Sequence record: MN453779.2
Reading direction: 5' to 3' (one strand)
DNA length: 64,000 nucleotides
Positions within the stretch are counted from its first letter, which is position 1; each line of letters starts with the position of its first letter. The position numbers and the translations under genes were made by a program. Below, piece by piece: positions 18,345 to 28,881 of the stretch. The notes beneath the pieces are model-generated. The model was not told the origin of the DNA. It saw only the letters and a list, made by a program, of their open reading frames with translations, and made no database searches.

Positions 18345-18374
18345 CCCTCTACTATCCCTAGGGATAGTAGAGGG
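18345..18374. terminator. Bidirectional terminator, 30-bp perfect palindrome
   Basis: CCCTCTACTATCCCTAGGGATAGTAGAGGG between convergent genes. Confidence 0.7.
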
Positions 18375-18383
18375 TAAAATACT

Positions 18384-19019
18384 TTAAGGATTTGTTTGAC
18401 CGGTAATAGTTGCTTCTAACTCTTCAATATAGGTTTGAAGCTCACTAATAGTTTTATTAGCTTCTGCTAGTTTAACAGTGTCGCTAGGCTCCTCAGTGAT
18501 CTGTAATTGACGAGAACGTTCCCAGCTATCAGCAGTTTCTTTACTAACGTATCCGCGAGTTGGAATAGTCCCTAAAGTCGTATTAGGGTCGTTAATTCCT
18601 ACACACTCCTTAATATAGTTATTGATATGTTCAATAGCGACATTAATTCGATCTTTCATAGAAGGAGGACAAGCACCCAAGCTTACAATCAAAGCCAGGT
18701 TCTCGTAAATAACCCCATCTAAAAGAGGGATACTTTTCAGAAAAGTGGAAAGAACGTATACCGGCCCTCTCCCTCTACTAGTTAAAGAAACTACGACCGC
18801 TTTATTGTCAATAGCAGTTTGGATCTCTTGCTGTGCTTGTTCAGTTGTGTATCCGACTGGTTGAAACACAGTGGTGAAAAGATCTATCTTCAATGCCTGC
18901 ATCTCAGGAAGAGTTCTGATAGCTTCTACCGTGTAAAAAACTTCTGGATTAACAACTTTATCATAAGGGACATCAGCAACAAATTTACCGGCCGAACGGA
19001 TAGATGGAATATTATTCAT
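18384..19019 (-). CDS. Probable virion structural protein
   Basis: 211 aa with a C-terminal coiled coil; coupled to 19012-20346; call by core-region context. Confidence 0.55.
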   Translation of the reverse strand: MNNIPSIRSAGKFVADVPYDKVVNPEVFYTVEAIRTLPEMQALKIDLFTTVFQPVGYTTEQAQQEIQTAIDNKAVVVSLTSRGRGPVYVLSTFLKSIPLLDGVIYENLALIVSLGACPPSMKDRINVAIEHINNYIKECVGINDPNTTLGTIPTRGYVSKETADSWERSRQLQITEEPSDTVKLAEANKTISELQTYIEELEATITGQTNP

Positions 19020-20346
19020 CGATCAACCCATCCTGTACAAATTGGTATCGTGAGATCATAGTCAATTTAACCTTACTGGAACGTTTGCTCAAGTAAAGAC
19101 GGTTGTTTTTGATAACACGCTGAATGCCTTGTGGAGGGAGTGTGTTAGGGGTAACTACTTCGCCAGCCACTAACAAAGCTTCCAGGTCTTTAATAAGTAA
19201 AGAGGTTTCTTTACTCATCATCCCAGCTTGAGAATCAGAACTTGGAATGAGCTGATAATCAGAGAAGATGTTGGTCAGAAGGATCCGTCCATCGCTATTA
19301 GTAGGTTTCCCCACCACACCCAATTTAGCTGATTTATACAAATGCGGTACGATTTGTAGCGATTTTATGATGTCACTCTGAGGATAAAAGTCGGCGTACT
19401 TCTTCGGGAGCACATCTCCGCCTTGGTAGGTGAATATAGGGCTGTAGGTGGATCCAAGTACAGTTTCATTAATCAAACCCAATTCGTTCCAATACGGGAC
19501 CACGACAAACTCAAGCGGATTGAACAGATCTGGAATAATTTCTTCCCATTTAGTTTCAGGGTACGTGGAGTTAGCTAGAATTTGTTTACGAATCTCTTCG
19601 TAAGTTTCTTCTTCTGCGTCGTTAGGATTCCCGTAGTAAATCACTGTCCAGTACGCTGTGTTCTTTTGCGGTTTGTTGATTAGGTCATAGACATCAAAAG
19701 GAAGTACAATACGGCGAGTATAAGGATCTTGATTCCCAACCAAATCGTACACACGTTGCTCGATCTTGTCGGTGGTTTCTTCTGCTAAGCGATTTTGCAC
19801 TTCTTTGTAGTTGTGCTCACCAAAGTAGTCGATACCGCCAATTGGGAGGGGATGAATTACGTAGATTTCTCGGTACGGGAATTCGCTTTCAAAACTACTA
19901 TTTGCAAACCAGATTTTAAACTCATGTATCACACCACCTACTTCGTAAGTGAAACTGATACTCGAGGGTAACCAGATGGCGTTATTAGTTACCATCTTAG
20001 CCACTTCTTTCCACACCCAACCCTGAGTATAGTTCGTTTGTAGAGCCTGCAAACACGCTTGTGAGTTTTCAGACAAGTTTCCTTTCTTGGCTTCTTCATA
20101 AAGCCAGTTGATCATTGTCAACACAGGGGTAGCGTGAGTGCTAGGAATTTTCTCATAACGAAGATCTGGATTTACTTGGTTGACACCTCGGAAACCTACC
20201 AGTTGACAAGGTTGATTATTCAAGTAGTAGTAATCAGGAGACTTGGCATAGGTTTTGGTCTCGTTGGTCAACTCTCCAAGTGGGGAGGTTGAACCATTGA
20301 GTACCAGTTCAGTAATAGTGGTAAAGCAGCTAAAAAGAGTTGACAT
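19012..20346 (-). CDS. Probable virion structural protein (phiKZ-like)
   Basis: 444-aa ORF; resemblance to phiKZ-like virion proteins from recall only. Confidence 0.55.
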   Translation of the reverse strand: MSTLFSCFTTITELVLNGSTSPLGELTNETKTYAKSPDYYYLNNQPCQLVGFRGVNQVNPDLRYEKIPSTHATPVLTMINWLYEEAKKGNLSENSQACLQALQTNYTQGWVWKEVAKMVTNNAIWLPSSISFTYEVGGVIHEFKIWFANSSFESEFPYREIYVIHPLPIGGIDYFGEHNYKEVQNRLAEETTDKIEQRVYDLVGNQDPYTRRIVLPFDVYDLINKPQKNTAYWTVIYYGNPNDAEEETYEEIRKQILANSTYPETKWEEIIPDLFNPLEFVVVPYWNELGLINETVLGSTYSPIFTYQGGDVLPKKYADFYPQSDIIKSLQIVPHLYKSAKLGVVGKPTNSDGRILLTNIFSDYQLIPSSDSQAGMMSKETSLLIKDLEALLVAGEVVTPNTLPPQGIQRVIKNNRLYLSKRSSKVKLTMISRYQFVQDGLIDE

Positions 20347-20395
20347 AGTTGACCTTTAAGCGTATAATGTTGGTAGTTAATAAAAATGGTGGGCA

Positions 20396-20824
20396 GTGGC
20401 GATGCTGATTATATTGCGAGCCCTGGTTAATCGCTGGATTGACCATTTGATGCACGGGACAACGGGTGAAGTCTCTTTAAAACGATTGCGTCAATTGTTA
20501 CTGCGTTCAATTGTCATTGCGATAAGTGCAATCACCTTTAGTATAGGATTGACGGTACGATCTCTCATTTGGTACTTGGATTCTAGAACAATGGAACAGT
20601 CGATCAGGAAGATTGACGTACATCTTGTTCAACAACAAGAGAACATCAATGACCTGTTTCGTATTAACAGCGAACAACACAAAGCAAGTGTCAGACTTAC
20701 GTCTGAGAACATTGAGTTGAAAAACGATGTGTTCACACTGCTTAGTAAAAACAAGCAACTCAACCAAGAAGTAAAAAAGCTAAGGGAAGAGTTAAATGGA
20801 CAAACCAAAACTCAAGAGAGGTGA
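20396..20824 (+). CDS. Membrane-anchored coiled-coil protein
   Basis: TM segment IVIAISAITFSIGLTV followed by heptad-rich C-terminus. Confidence 0.6.
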   Translation: MAMLIILRALVNRWIDHLMHGTTGEVSLKRLRQLLLRSIVIAISAITFSIGLTVRSLIWYLDSRTMEQSIRKIDVHLVQQQENINDLFRINSEQHKASVRLTSENIELKNDVFTLLSKNKQLNQEVKKLREELNGQTKTQER

Positions 20825-20881
20825 ATTAAGACTACACTTGCCATCAGTTGTCTAAAAGCAAACCAACGTACAGGGAACATT

Positions 20882-22306
20882 ATGAATATCGTTTATTATC
20901 TTGTCAGCTCGTTAATAAAAGATAAAAACGTAGCACTCTCTGGTGGTCACGGTTATACCTACGATCAAACTAAAGAGAGCAACCGCAAGCTGATAAAAGA
21001 CACTCCATCCGGGTATGGTTACTTTGTGAATGGGAGTTATCAAAGTATCCCCGTTGAACAAGTAATGATTTTGAATGGGCGTGGTCTTCGTCAGGAGACT
21101 GATGTAGATGCATTCTTGGCTCATTTGATTTATCTACTGGAATATGTGGAACAAGAGAGCGTCGAGAAAGTCTTGATCATTCACAATAGTGTTAATGGTC
21201 AGAAACTCTTGGAAAATAATAAAGTATCTGAAAAGTTTGCTGATAATAACTATGTAAAGAGAGCGCGGGAACTTTACGGCAAACTTAAAGATAAGATTAT
21301 CTTTGACCTTGAGTATTACGCCAAAGGTGGGGAGGGTCCGAAGCAAGCTCACAAACAGATGGAACTTGCCCAAGCAATGTTAGAACTACCCATTGGGGAA
21401 CCAGTGAGCATTGATATTGTCACTGTAAAAGAATATAAGAATCCTGAGAACGATTTTAATAAGATCGTTACAGCGTCCCGCTGGTTCTTTAATACTGGTG
21501 ACAAGTCTGAGTTTTATAACATTGATGAGAACGGTTATCGTCGGTACGAGTTTGGTAGGATTGATCCCCAGAAAGCGTACTATGGTAAGGCTACGCCTGA
21601 TGTCTTTTATTCAGCACTCTTTACCAAAACTCCAATTGTTATTTTGGATAAGTTATACGATTTCTGTAAAGCAGTTAAACCTAATCCGTTGAATCTGTTA
21701 GCAGCCGCCGATATCGCGATGGTTAAGTCCAAGGAGATAGCTCGAGTAATCGACACCATCCCTGGAACATTGACTAAGAACGATCTGAAAGCATCTATGA
21801 GCGTTGCTGGTGTTACAGATCCCGTATTAGTTAACTTTATTGACCCCCCTGGCTTGAGTTATCGGATTAAAGATTTCCAATATAAGTTGAAAATGCTTCA
21901 TTCGTACTTTATGCGCAGGGATGAAAACAACCAATTCCAAAAACAACATTTCTTGGATATCACTGATAAGTTTTTTGAACAAGATACTAAAGGTAAATGG
22001 AAGATCCATTCTGACTTTACTAATAACACCTTGACCATACCTATCATGATTGACGCACCAGGATGTGTGAAACAAGTTAAGATCAACTTGGGTATTCGTT
22101 ACGACATTCCAGAACGTAGCGCTTTAAACACTATTATCAATAATAAGATAACGGATTTCAAAGTGTGGATTGGATTGGACTTTAACGATGATGCGGGTGT
22201 GATGTATTACACTGTGATTCAAACACCTGATTTCAACTTGGTTCATTGTAATTCTTGCGCTTCTCTTCGAGTGTATAGCTTGAAAGAATTGGGAAAGGCT
22301 AAATAA
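20882..22306 (+). CDS. RNase H-like protein of phiKZ-like phages (possibly inactive)
   Basis: N-terminal GGHGYTY and downstream RWFF motifs recall the phiKZ-type RNase H family; catalytic acidic residues not evident. Confidence 0.45.
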   Translation: MNIVYYLVSSLIKDKNVALSGGHGYTYDQTKESNRKLIKDTPSGYGYFVNGSYQSIPVEQVMILNGRGLRQETDVDAFLAHLIYLLEYVEQESVEKVLIIHNSVNGQKLLENNKVSEKFADNNYVKRARELYGKLKDKIIFDLEYYAKGGEGPKQAHKQMELAQAMLELPIGEPVSIDIVTVKEYKNPENDFNKIVTASRWFFNTGDKSEFYNIDENGYRRYEFGRIDPQKAYYGKATPDVFYSALFTKTPIVILDKLYDFCKAVKPNPLNLLAAADIAMVKSKEIARVIDTIPGTLTKNDLKASMSVAGVTDPVLVNFIDPPGLSYRIKDFQYKLKMLHSYFMRRDENNQFQKQHFLDITDKFFEQDTKGKWKIHSDFTNNTLTIPIMIDAPGCVKQVKINLGIRYDIPERSALNTIINNKITDFKVWIGLDFNDDAGVMYYTVIQTPDFNLVHCNSCASLRVYSLKELGKAK

Positions 22307-22319
22307 CAATATTGAATAT

Positions 22320-22350
22320 AACCCCTACTCTCCATTGGAGAGTAGGGGTT
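22320..22350. terminator. Bidirectional terminator
   Basis: AACCCCTACTCTCC-ATT-GGAGAGTAGGGGTT. Confidence 0.75.
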
Positions 22351-22373
22351 TACTTTATGCTTTATTTTTATTT

Positions 22374-23306
22374 TTACTGCGCCATGACAGTATCGAATAC
22401 ACTCTGATCTTCGCTCAATACAGCCAATGAAACACTATTAAAGATCTCTGCAATCTTACCGATGGTTTTGTTGCAGGACTTAATACAGTTAGCAGTGTGA
22501 CTAGAAAGGTTAGCCAAGTAGTTAGTTACTTTCTTGGAGTAACGATGATCTTGTTCGTTTTCGGCTTTACTTTCTGCAAGTTTCTTGGTCTGTTCGTTAG
22601 ACTTCTCAAGAGCTGGTGTAATTTTAGCTTGGAGAGATTTGAAAGCGGAACGCAGTTCAGCAATCTTAGCGCACAGAGTCGCTGCTTCGGTCAAAGACTT
22701 AACATCCGCTTCTACTTTCTTCCCAACCAGTTTACCCATATCCTGATAAAGAGTATTGATCTTACTAAGATCAGAAGTGAGATCAGGGAATTCTGCTTTG
22801 ACCTTTTCTGCGGTGGCTTTGATGTCTTTCATCAAAGAGTCTTTATCAATCAAATAGATATCGTTCATCTTACGAAGACCGACTGTATGAACAACTGTCT
22901 CAGGATCAAGTTTAGCAATGTGAGTTTTCAGTTTAGCTTCTGCTTCCTCACGTTCTTCTGGGGACATTGCAGCCAGAGCTTTATTAACCTTACCAGGGAG
23001 TTCATTAGCTGCTTTTACAGTTTTAGCTACCTGCTGATCTTGCTTGGCACCAGCAGCACCAAAGAAGAACTCTTTGACGGACTTAAGCCAGGATTTAATC
23101 ATCTCGTAGAACTTAACAGCACCATCCTTGATGGTCTGAACGAAACCTTCATTACCAGCGTACTGATTAAAGGAAACGCCGTTCAAAGACAAGCAGGTAC
23201 GAGTATAAACTGCGTCACTATCTTTAGCGCTGATATCATTATCGAGTGATTCAAAACCAGCCAGCAGACTTTGGAAATGTTCTACATCAGAAACAAACAC
23301 GTTCAT
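22374..23306 (-). CDS. Probable internal head (ejection) protein
   Basis: Helical Ala/Lys-rich protein with acidic N-terminal propeptide, GxE sites (AGFES, AGNEG) followed by FVQTIKDG..FYEMIKSW. Confidence 0.55.
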   Translation of the reverse strand: MNVFVSDVEHFQSLLAGFESLDNDISAKDSDAVYTRTCLSLNGVSFNQYAGNEGFVQTIKDGAVKFYEMIKSWLKSVKEFFFGAAGAKQDQQVAKTVKAANELPGKVNKALAAMSPEEREEAEAKLKTHIAKLDPETVVHTVGLRKMNDIYLIDKDSLMKDIKATAEKVKAEFPDLTSDLSKINTLYQDMGKLVGKKVEADVKSLTEAATLCAKIAELRSAFKSLQAKITPALEKSNEQTKKLAESKAENEQDHRYSKKVTNYLANLSSHTANCIKSCNKTIGKIAEIFNSVSLAVLSEDQSVFDTVMAQ

Positions 23307-23318
23307 AAATACAGTCCT

Positions 23319-25445
23319 TTAAAATACATCAGAAATAGAAGTGCGGATAAGAGAAATACTCGGAACAGCTTCCACAACATCCAATGGAATATCTAACAAA
23401 GGATTTGTTGTAGGAATGTCCCAAATATATTCACCAGATTCCATCCCACCAATGGCAGTTGTATTGACACCAAGTTCAGCAACACCAGGGATTTTACCAC
23501 CACCTAACAACTGTTCTACTTGTTCTCTAGACCATTCTAGAATATCAATAGACCTACTAGTGATATTCTCTTCCTCACCAGTATCGAGGTCAATTAGATA
23601 AACGTAACACTTCTCATCTTGACCTCTACGGTGAACGCGGGCGATGGTCTGCGTTAATTCGTATGATCTAAATGGAGAGTTCATCAGAATGATCTGGTTG
23701 GCCATTAGCATTGGTTTACCTTCACGTAAAGTTTGGAAGGTGGTAATCAATGGATTGGTATCAGGGTCGTCAGCTAACTGGGAAATCACTTTGTCAATTT
23801 CTGTACTATTGTTACCGTAAACAGAAACGGACTTTAAACCAACTTCTTTAAAGTAATCTTCCAACTCTTTGATAACTTCTACATAAGAAGTGTAAACAAG
23901 AGTCTTCTTCTTAACACTATCAATCAACTTAGGAAGGTTAGCGTGACGGATTGTCTCTTTGATGGCATTCATTCTAGCTTTACCTAGAACGTTACCAAGA
24001 GCTTCGCCTCTAATCTTCAATCCAACGTATTTAACAGCCGACTTAATGTGTCTAAAGTAATGAAGATCCTCGCCTTTCAGATAAGACTCAATTTCCTTTT
24101 CAACATTTGCACAGAACTTAGACTTGTCAGAATCAGTAAAGTTGTTATATCCATTCTTCTGGAAGTAATTAACATATTGGATGTACTGAGCAATTCTAGC
24201 TTGTGTAGTTTGATCACTCCAACGACGTTCTTTAAAGTCGTTCACATAGATCAACCAATCTTCTTTATACACATCCATACGTTCTTTATAGAACTTTACT
24301 CGATCCGTGATATAAGTCAACATATCGTTTCGAATATTGTTCAAAGTAAACGCTTCAGCACCGGGGAACAAAACCTTAATCACTTCAGGTTCAGGAGGAG
24401 CTTCCATGGTAGTGATGGCAGGTATGGTGTATTTAATTCTACCTAGTCGATGAGCCAACATTTCATTAAGGAATGTGTTATCTCTTCCGTACATCTTAAG
24501 GAAGTTATCTCTTACTTGTTTATCAAAGAACTTATCGATAACGACAAACAGAGCAAAGGTTTCTTTACCTTGTGCTTTGATAGGAGTTCCAGACATAAAC
24601 AAGACATCTGAGATATAAGGATGAGAACAGAATTCAATAAGCCCTTTAGTTTGCTGAGAACTATGTTCGTTATAGTTATGACATTCGTCAACAATTACTT
24701 TAGCTGGGAGTTGACCATTTTTAGTAATCGTTTTGATAGCAAGTTCCCAGCTCTCAGTTCGAATTGGTTCTTTATGGATAATAAAGATTTCTGCATCAAC
24801 ATGATCAAGGATGTTGGTTCCATCTAAGGATGTCCAAACTTTGGGAGGTTTCTTGTAAACGTTGTTGATCTCATTGACCCACGGTGAATAAACCAATCCC
24901 TTTGGAACTACTATGAATAGTTTACCTTTAGAGATCATTTTACTCCAAACAAGTGAGCAAAATGACTTCCCAGAACCAGTAGCTGCATCTAGCAAACACC
25001 CACGCAATTGGAATCCGTACTTGATACGACTATAATCAGTTAGGAAATCATATTGATCTGGAAATGGTTTTAATGTGAACTCTTTAAGGGCTTCGTCAAC
25101 AGGATAACTTGGGAATGTTTGGTAAGTGGTTTCCAGCCATGTTTTGGTTTTGACTTCATCGTATAATTGCTTGTACTTGTGGATACCCACGTAATAGCGA
25201 TCAACTGTACGTTTATTTTTCTGGTTAGTAAGGTGGTCTAGAATCCATGCGAATTCCACCATAAAGAATTTATGGATTTTAAACGACCTTGCATTTAATC
25301 TAGTAATCAATCTAGAAAAGATAACTGAGGTACCAAAGTTATTTTTTAAGTCAAGTTCTAAGGACTTTAAACTAATACCCTGTACTACATAGTACGAACC
25401 GACACTTTCAACCTTTGGACTTAGTGTAAAGTATCCAGATAACAT
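23319..25445 (-). CDS. SF2 (DEXH / SNF2-like) helicase
   Basis: ATGSGKS, VDECH, MSGTP, QTIARVHRRGQ. Confidence 0.9.
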   Translation of the reverse strand: MLSGYFTLSPKVESVGSYYVVQGISLKSLELDLKNNFGTSVIFSRLITRLNARSFKIHKFFMVEFAWILDHLTNQKNKRTVDRYYVGIHKYKQLYDEVKTKTWLETTYQTFPSYPVDEALKEFTLKPFPDQYDFLTDYSRIKYGFQLRGCLLDAATGSGKSFCSLVWSKMISKGKLFIVVPKGLVYSPWVNEINNVYKKPPKVWTSLDGTNILDHVDAEIFIIHKEPIRTESWELAIKTITKNGQLPAKVIVDECHNYNEHSSQQTKGLIEFCSHPYISDVLFMSGTPIKAQGKETFALFVVIDKFFDKQVRDNFLKMYGRDNTFLNEMLAHRLGRIKYTIPAITTMEAPPEPEVIKVLFPGAEAFTLNNIRNDMLTYITDRVKFYKERMDVYKEDWLIYVNDFKERRWSDQTTQARIAQYIQYVNYFQKNGYNNFTDSDKSKFCANVEKEIESYLKGEDLHYFRHIKSAVKYVGLKIRGEALGNVLGKARMNAIKETIRHANLPKLIDSVKKKTLVYTSYVEVIKELEDYFKEVGLKSVSVYGNNSTEIDKVISQLADDPDTNPLITTFQTLREGKPMLMANQIILMNSPFRSYELTQTIARVHRRGQDEKCYVYLIDLDTGEEENITSRSIDILEWSREQVEQLLGGGKIPGVAELGVNTTAIGGMESGEYIWDIPTTNPLLDIPLDVVEAVPSISLIRTSISDVF

Positions 25446-25455
25446 ATAGGACCTT

Positions 25456-26538
25456 TTGATGCAAAATTTTAATTCGGATAAATTTGTTAGTTTTCTTCAC
25501 TTCGCTAACTTCGTACTCCCCGAAGAAGGCATTATGGAGCTAGATGAAGATACTGTAAACGAAGTAATCAAAATATCTCTTGGCGAACATCTCTTTACTG
25601 TTACTGGAAAGTTCTGGAATAAGTTTTGTAAGATTGTTGAAAAGGAAGAGTTAGGTGAACTACTTCAGATGTTAGAAGAAGTTGATGGACCATTTAAGTA
25701 TTCTGCTAAACCTAGTGTAGATGATTTCTTACCTAACCTGGCTGAAGATCTAAAAGAACTTCCCGATAATGTTAAAGACGTTATTCAACAGCGTATCTCA
25801 GGTATTGTTAACATCACTGGTATTCAGATTCGTCGTTTGGCAGAGATCATTAACAAACGTATTGAAGAGGTTAGTCGTGACGTTAACATTATCAAAGACT
25901 TCGACGCTTTCCTAACTCTTGATGTTACCTATGAGAAAGGATTTAAGCTGTTTCTCTGTTTTGATAAGATTAAACCGATCTTTGACGAACCCACAGATAT
26001 TCAAATTCTTCGCACCCCGATGAGCAACGAAGACATTAAACTTTATATCGGTGATGACTATAAAGAGATTCGTCGTTTGTTCACTTTGATCGAAGAAGGT
26101 GTTAATAGTCTGTTGGAATGTAAAGCAGTTAGCTTTAGTAGTTTAGCTAAGGACTTTGCTATCAGCTTGGTTAATGGGTCAATAGTTCAACATCTACTTC
26201 AGATTACTCCGGTATTTATCTCGTTTGGTGGTGCAGATAACTGGAGAGTGTTTGGTGATCTTACTCCTAACTCCACAGTTTGTCATAAACTACTTGATCA
26301 AGAACTTGAGTACATTGTTAAGTATCTCAAAGAGATTCCTTTGGAAGAAGGCGTTGACTATTACGCAGTGGATATTAACCATCTTACCGTTTACGGTCGT
26401 AATAACCTCAACAAGACAGTCAACGGTCCACACAGTAAGCATAGTGATCACCTATCCCTGCGTTACAATGACGGTTTCTTTAATCTACTCCTACTGCGTT
26501 TAAAACAATCTGACAATAAAATCTGTTTTAGTTACTAA
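25456..26538 (+). CDS. Hypothetical protein
   Basis: 360-aa ORF divergent from the helicase. Confidence 0.75.
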   Translation: MMQNFNSDKFVSFLHFANFVLPEEGIMELDEDTVNEVIKISLGEHLFTVTGKFWNKFCKIVEKEELGELLQMLEEVDGPFKYSAKPSVDDFLPNLAEDLKELPDNVKDVIQQRISGIVNITGIQIRRLAEIINKRIEEVSRDVNIIKDFDAFLTLDVTYEKGFKLFLCFDKIKPIFDEPTDIQILRTPMSNEDIKLYIGDDYKEIRRLFTLIEEGVNSLLECKAVSFSSLAKDFAISLVNGSIVQHLLQITPVFISFGGADNWRVFGDLTPNSTVCHKLLDQELEYIVKYLKEIPLEEGVDYYAVDINHLTVYGRNNLNKTVNGPHSKHSDHLSLRYNDGFFNLLLLRLKQSDNKICFSY

Positions 26539-26550
26539 GCAAACATAAAG

Positions 26551-26578
26551 CCTAAGGTAGACGATTGTCTACCTTAGG
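26551..26578. terminator. Bidirectional terminator
   Basis: CCTAAGGTAGAC-GATT-GTCTACCTTAGG. Confidence 0.7.
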
Positions 26579-26581
26579 TAT

Positions 26582-27355
26582 TTACAGTTTTACTAATTCT
26601 TCAGAATGAATATTGAGAACCCGTGTTACTTCTGCGAGCAAAGTAAAAGAGTAACCAATAAATGTCATGTTATCTGAAAGGAATTGGATGGACTCATTAA
26701 GCAAACCAAAGTCAGCAGGCGATAGAATGATTTCATTACTATCAACTTTACGTTTAACCAGTTTAACGATCTCTACAACTTGATCTGCTTGTTTAGCTAG
26801 AACTTCTGCATCACGAGATTTCAAAGTAACAACTTCTTTATTGAAGTATTTGATCACATCTCCCACTTCTGACCAATTGGGATAAAGTTCAGAAACGGGA
26901 CGAGTGAATACTTTACTCTCTTTAAGCTGTTCTACTTTCTCGCGCAGCTCACTAACTAGAACCAAGTGGTCGCCATTACGAATACTAAAGGGAACTTTAC
27001 CTGTTGCAGCAGTATTCTTTAGTGCTCGATAAAGATCTTCAGCTTGAGTCATAACCAGTTTCATGGCACCGATAGATTGGAGCAACAAAATAGTGTACTC
27101 TTTGAAACTCATCTGTGCTGGGTTAAAGAAAACTGGGGATTGGATATGTTTGAACGAGACATCAAAATAAGTTTTATTACTTTTCAACCAAACACTTGGA
27201 TCTGTTTTAACAGTATGAATGGACTTATTAAAATGTTTGGCATTGAACTTATCAATACCTAGAGAAAATTCTTTATACAGAGATGAAATACGCTCACCAA
27301 CGGTAAGCGCTTCATTTCCAGTGATCTGATCAAGATCAAAAATACGAGTAGTCAT
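26582..27355 (-). CDS. Probable virion/head protein
   Basis: 257-aa helical protein with an N-terminal TGNEA candidate processing site. Confidence 0.5.
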   Translation of the reverse strand: MTTRIFDLDQITGNEALTVGERISSLYKEFSLGIDKFNAKHFNKSIHTVKTDPSVWLKSNKTYFDVSFKHIQSPVFFNPAQMSFKEYTILLLQSIGAMKLVMTQAEDLYRALKNTAATGKVPFSIRNGDHLVLVSELREKVEQLKESKVFTRPVSELYPNWSEVGDVIKYFNKEVVTLKSRDAEVLAKQADQVVEIVKLVKRKVDSNEIILSPADFGLLNESIQFLSDNMTFIGYSFTLLAEVTRVLNIHSEELVKL

Positions 27356-27412
27356 GCTATGGAAATCCCATTAGTGTGAATCGATTCATAACATTTGAGA
27401 AAAGGGTTGAAT

Positions 27413-28879
27413 ATGCTTTCTGCTTTGAGTTTCATTAAAGATTACGGCGCTGATTCTAATCTGCAAATCGGGTTAAACGTCTCTCCAATTTTTGATATGC
27501 AAACTACCAACATGATCAAGGGCGAGGATGATGTTTGGTATATGAATGGTGGATTGATGCCGATCAACGCATTGGCTGGTGGCAATAATACCCAGAAGAC
27601 TGGTCGATTGGTTAAAGACTGCGCTGCTTTACTTCACCGGTTCCGGCACGCTACTATTCTCTATGGCGATACTGAATCTACATTGGATGTTTATCGTCTT
27701 GCCGAAGAAGTAAACCGCCTGTACGGTATTGAAAATTATTTCGAAGATAACATCGAAGATAAACGCTTCTTCTACATGCCTAACTCTGCTGGTATTGACG
27801 GGACTGAGCTTCATAACAAAGTACTTGATATCTATAAACGTATCCAAGCGCTCTCAGAGTCCAAAGATAAAGCTGAACAAGAAGCGTATAAAGAACTCTT
27901 CATGGATACTCCTTGGACTTCTAAGAAGACAGGTAAACGTATTCAGGTTCAACATCCTATCCTATTTATCTGCGATTCTATTTCAGAAGTTATGTTTGAC
28001 AAACTAATGTTCAAACAGTTTGATGAAGGCGATATGGATGAAGGTGGTAAGAAACGTACTCGGGATATGGAGATCGGTAACCTTCGTCGTATCCTGATGA
28101 CTGATGTATGTATTCTAGGTCCGCGTGTAGGTATCCGTTCCTATTGGATTGCTCAATCTGCCGATGTGATCAATATGGATGGTAAGCCTAAAGAGAAAGA
28201 CTCTACCTTCCTTCGGCACAACAAGAAACTCTCTGCTCCTAAAGCTATGTTGAAACTTCCTCACATTGGTGTGGAGATCATCAAAGGTACAGTATTGAAA
28301 CAACCCGATCACTCTGTTACTTATCCTCGTGGTAAAGAAAGTCAGATCGAAGTTAATGCCAAGAGTAATCCAGATCTTGTTGAATACTTCACCACAGTGT
28401 TTCGTAACAAGTCAGGTAGCTCGGGTGGTGACATCTCCTTTATCGGTTCTCAGGAACTTGGTATTCAGGAAGGTATGAGTATGTATCACATGCTCAAAGA
28501 AGCTAAGTACTTTGGTTTGACTGGTTCTGCTGTTCGTCATGCTTGTGCTCTTTATCCTGAGTGTAGTTTGATGCGCACTACAGTGCGTGATCTGGTAGAA
28601 GGTGAAACACGCGATGCTAAATTGTACCGCGCTATTGAGATCACTTGGCAACTGTGGTTTATTCAGACCTTCTGGAGTAACATCCCTGCTAACTTCCGTA
28701 TCACCCCAGAGGAGCTTTATAACGCTGTTAAAGAACAAGGTATCGATTGGAATGATATCCTTGAGAACACAGTTTACTTCTGGCACGATAACCCGGAACA
28801 CATTAAGAAACACACACTGACTGTTTATGAACTTCTAGAGATTGCAGTCAATAAGAAAAAACCTTATTGGATTAAATAA
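27413..28879 (+). CDS. uvsX: UvsX/RecA-like recombinase
   Basis: P-loop-like AGGNNTQKT, DTESTLD, Walker B ICDSISE; start moved to ATG 27413. Confidence 0.75.
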   Translation: MLSALSFIKDYGADSNLQIGLNVSPIFDMQTTNMIKGEDDVWYMNGGLMPINALAGGNNTQKTGRLVKDCAALLHRFRHATILYGDTESTLDVYRLAEEVNRLYGIENYFEDNIEDKRFFYMPNSAGIDGTELHNKVLDIYKRIQALSESKDKAEQEAYKELFMDTPWTSKKTGKRIQVQHPILFICDSISEVMFDKLMFKQFDEGDMDEGGKKRTRDMEIGNLRRILMTDVCILGPRVGIRSYWIAQSADVINMDGKPKEKDSTFLRHNKKLSAPKAMLKLPHIGVEIIKGTVLKQPDHSVTYPRGKESQIEVNAKSNPDLVEYFTTVFRNKSGSSGGDISFIGSQELGIQEGMSMYHMLKEAKYFGLTGSAVRHACALYPECSLMRTTVRDLVEGETRDAKLYRAIEITWQLWFIQTFWSNIPANFRITPEELYNAVKEQGIDWNDILENTVYFWHDNPEHIKKHTLTVYELLEIAVNKKKPYWIK

Positions 28880-28881
28880 TT

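Noticed and set aside
22497-23249. 250-aa antisense ORF
   Set aside because: Shadow frame of 22374-23306
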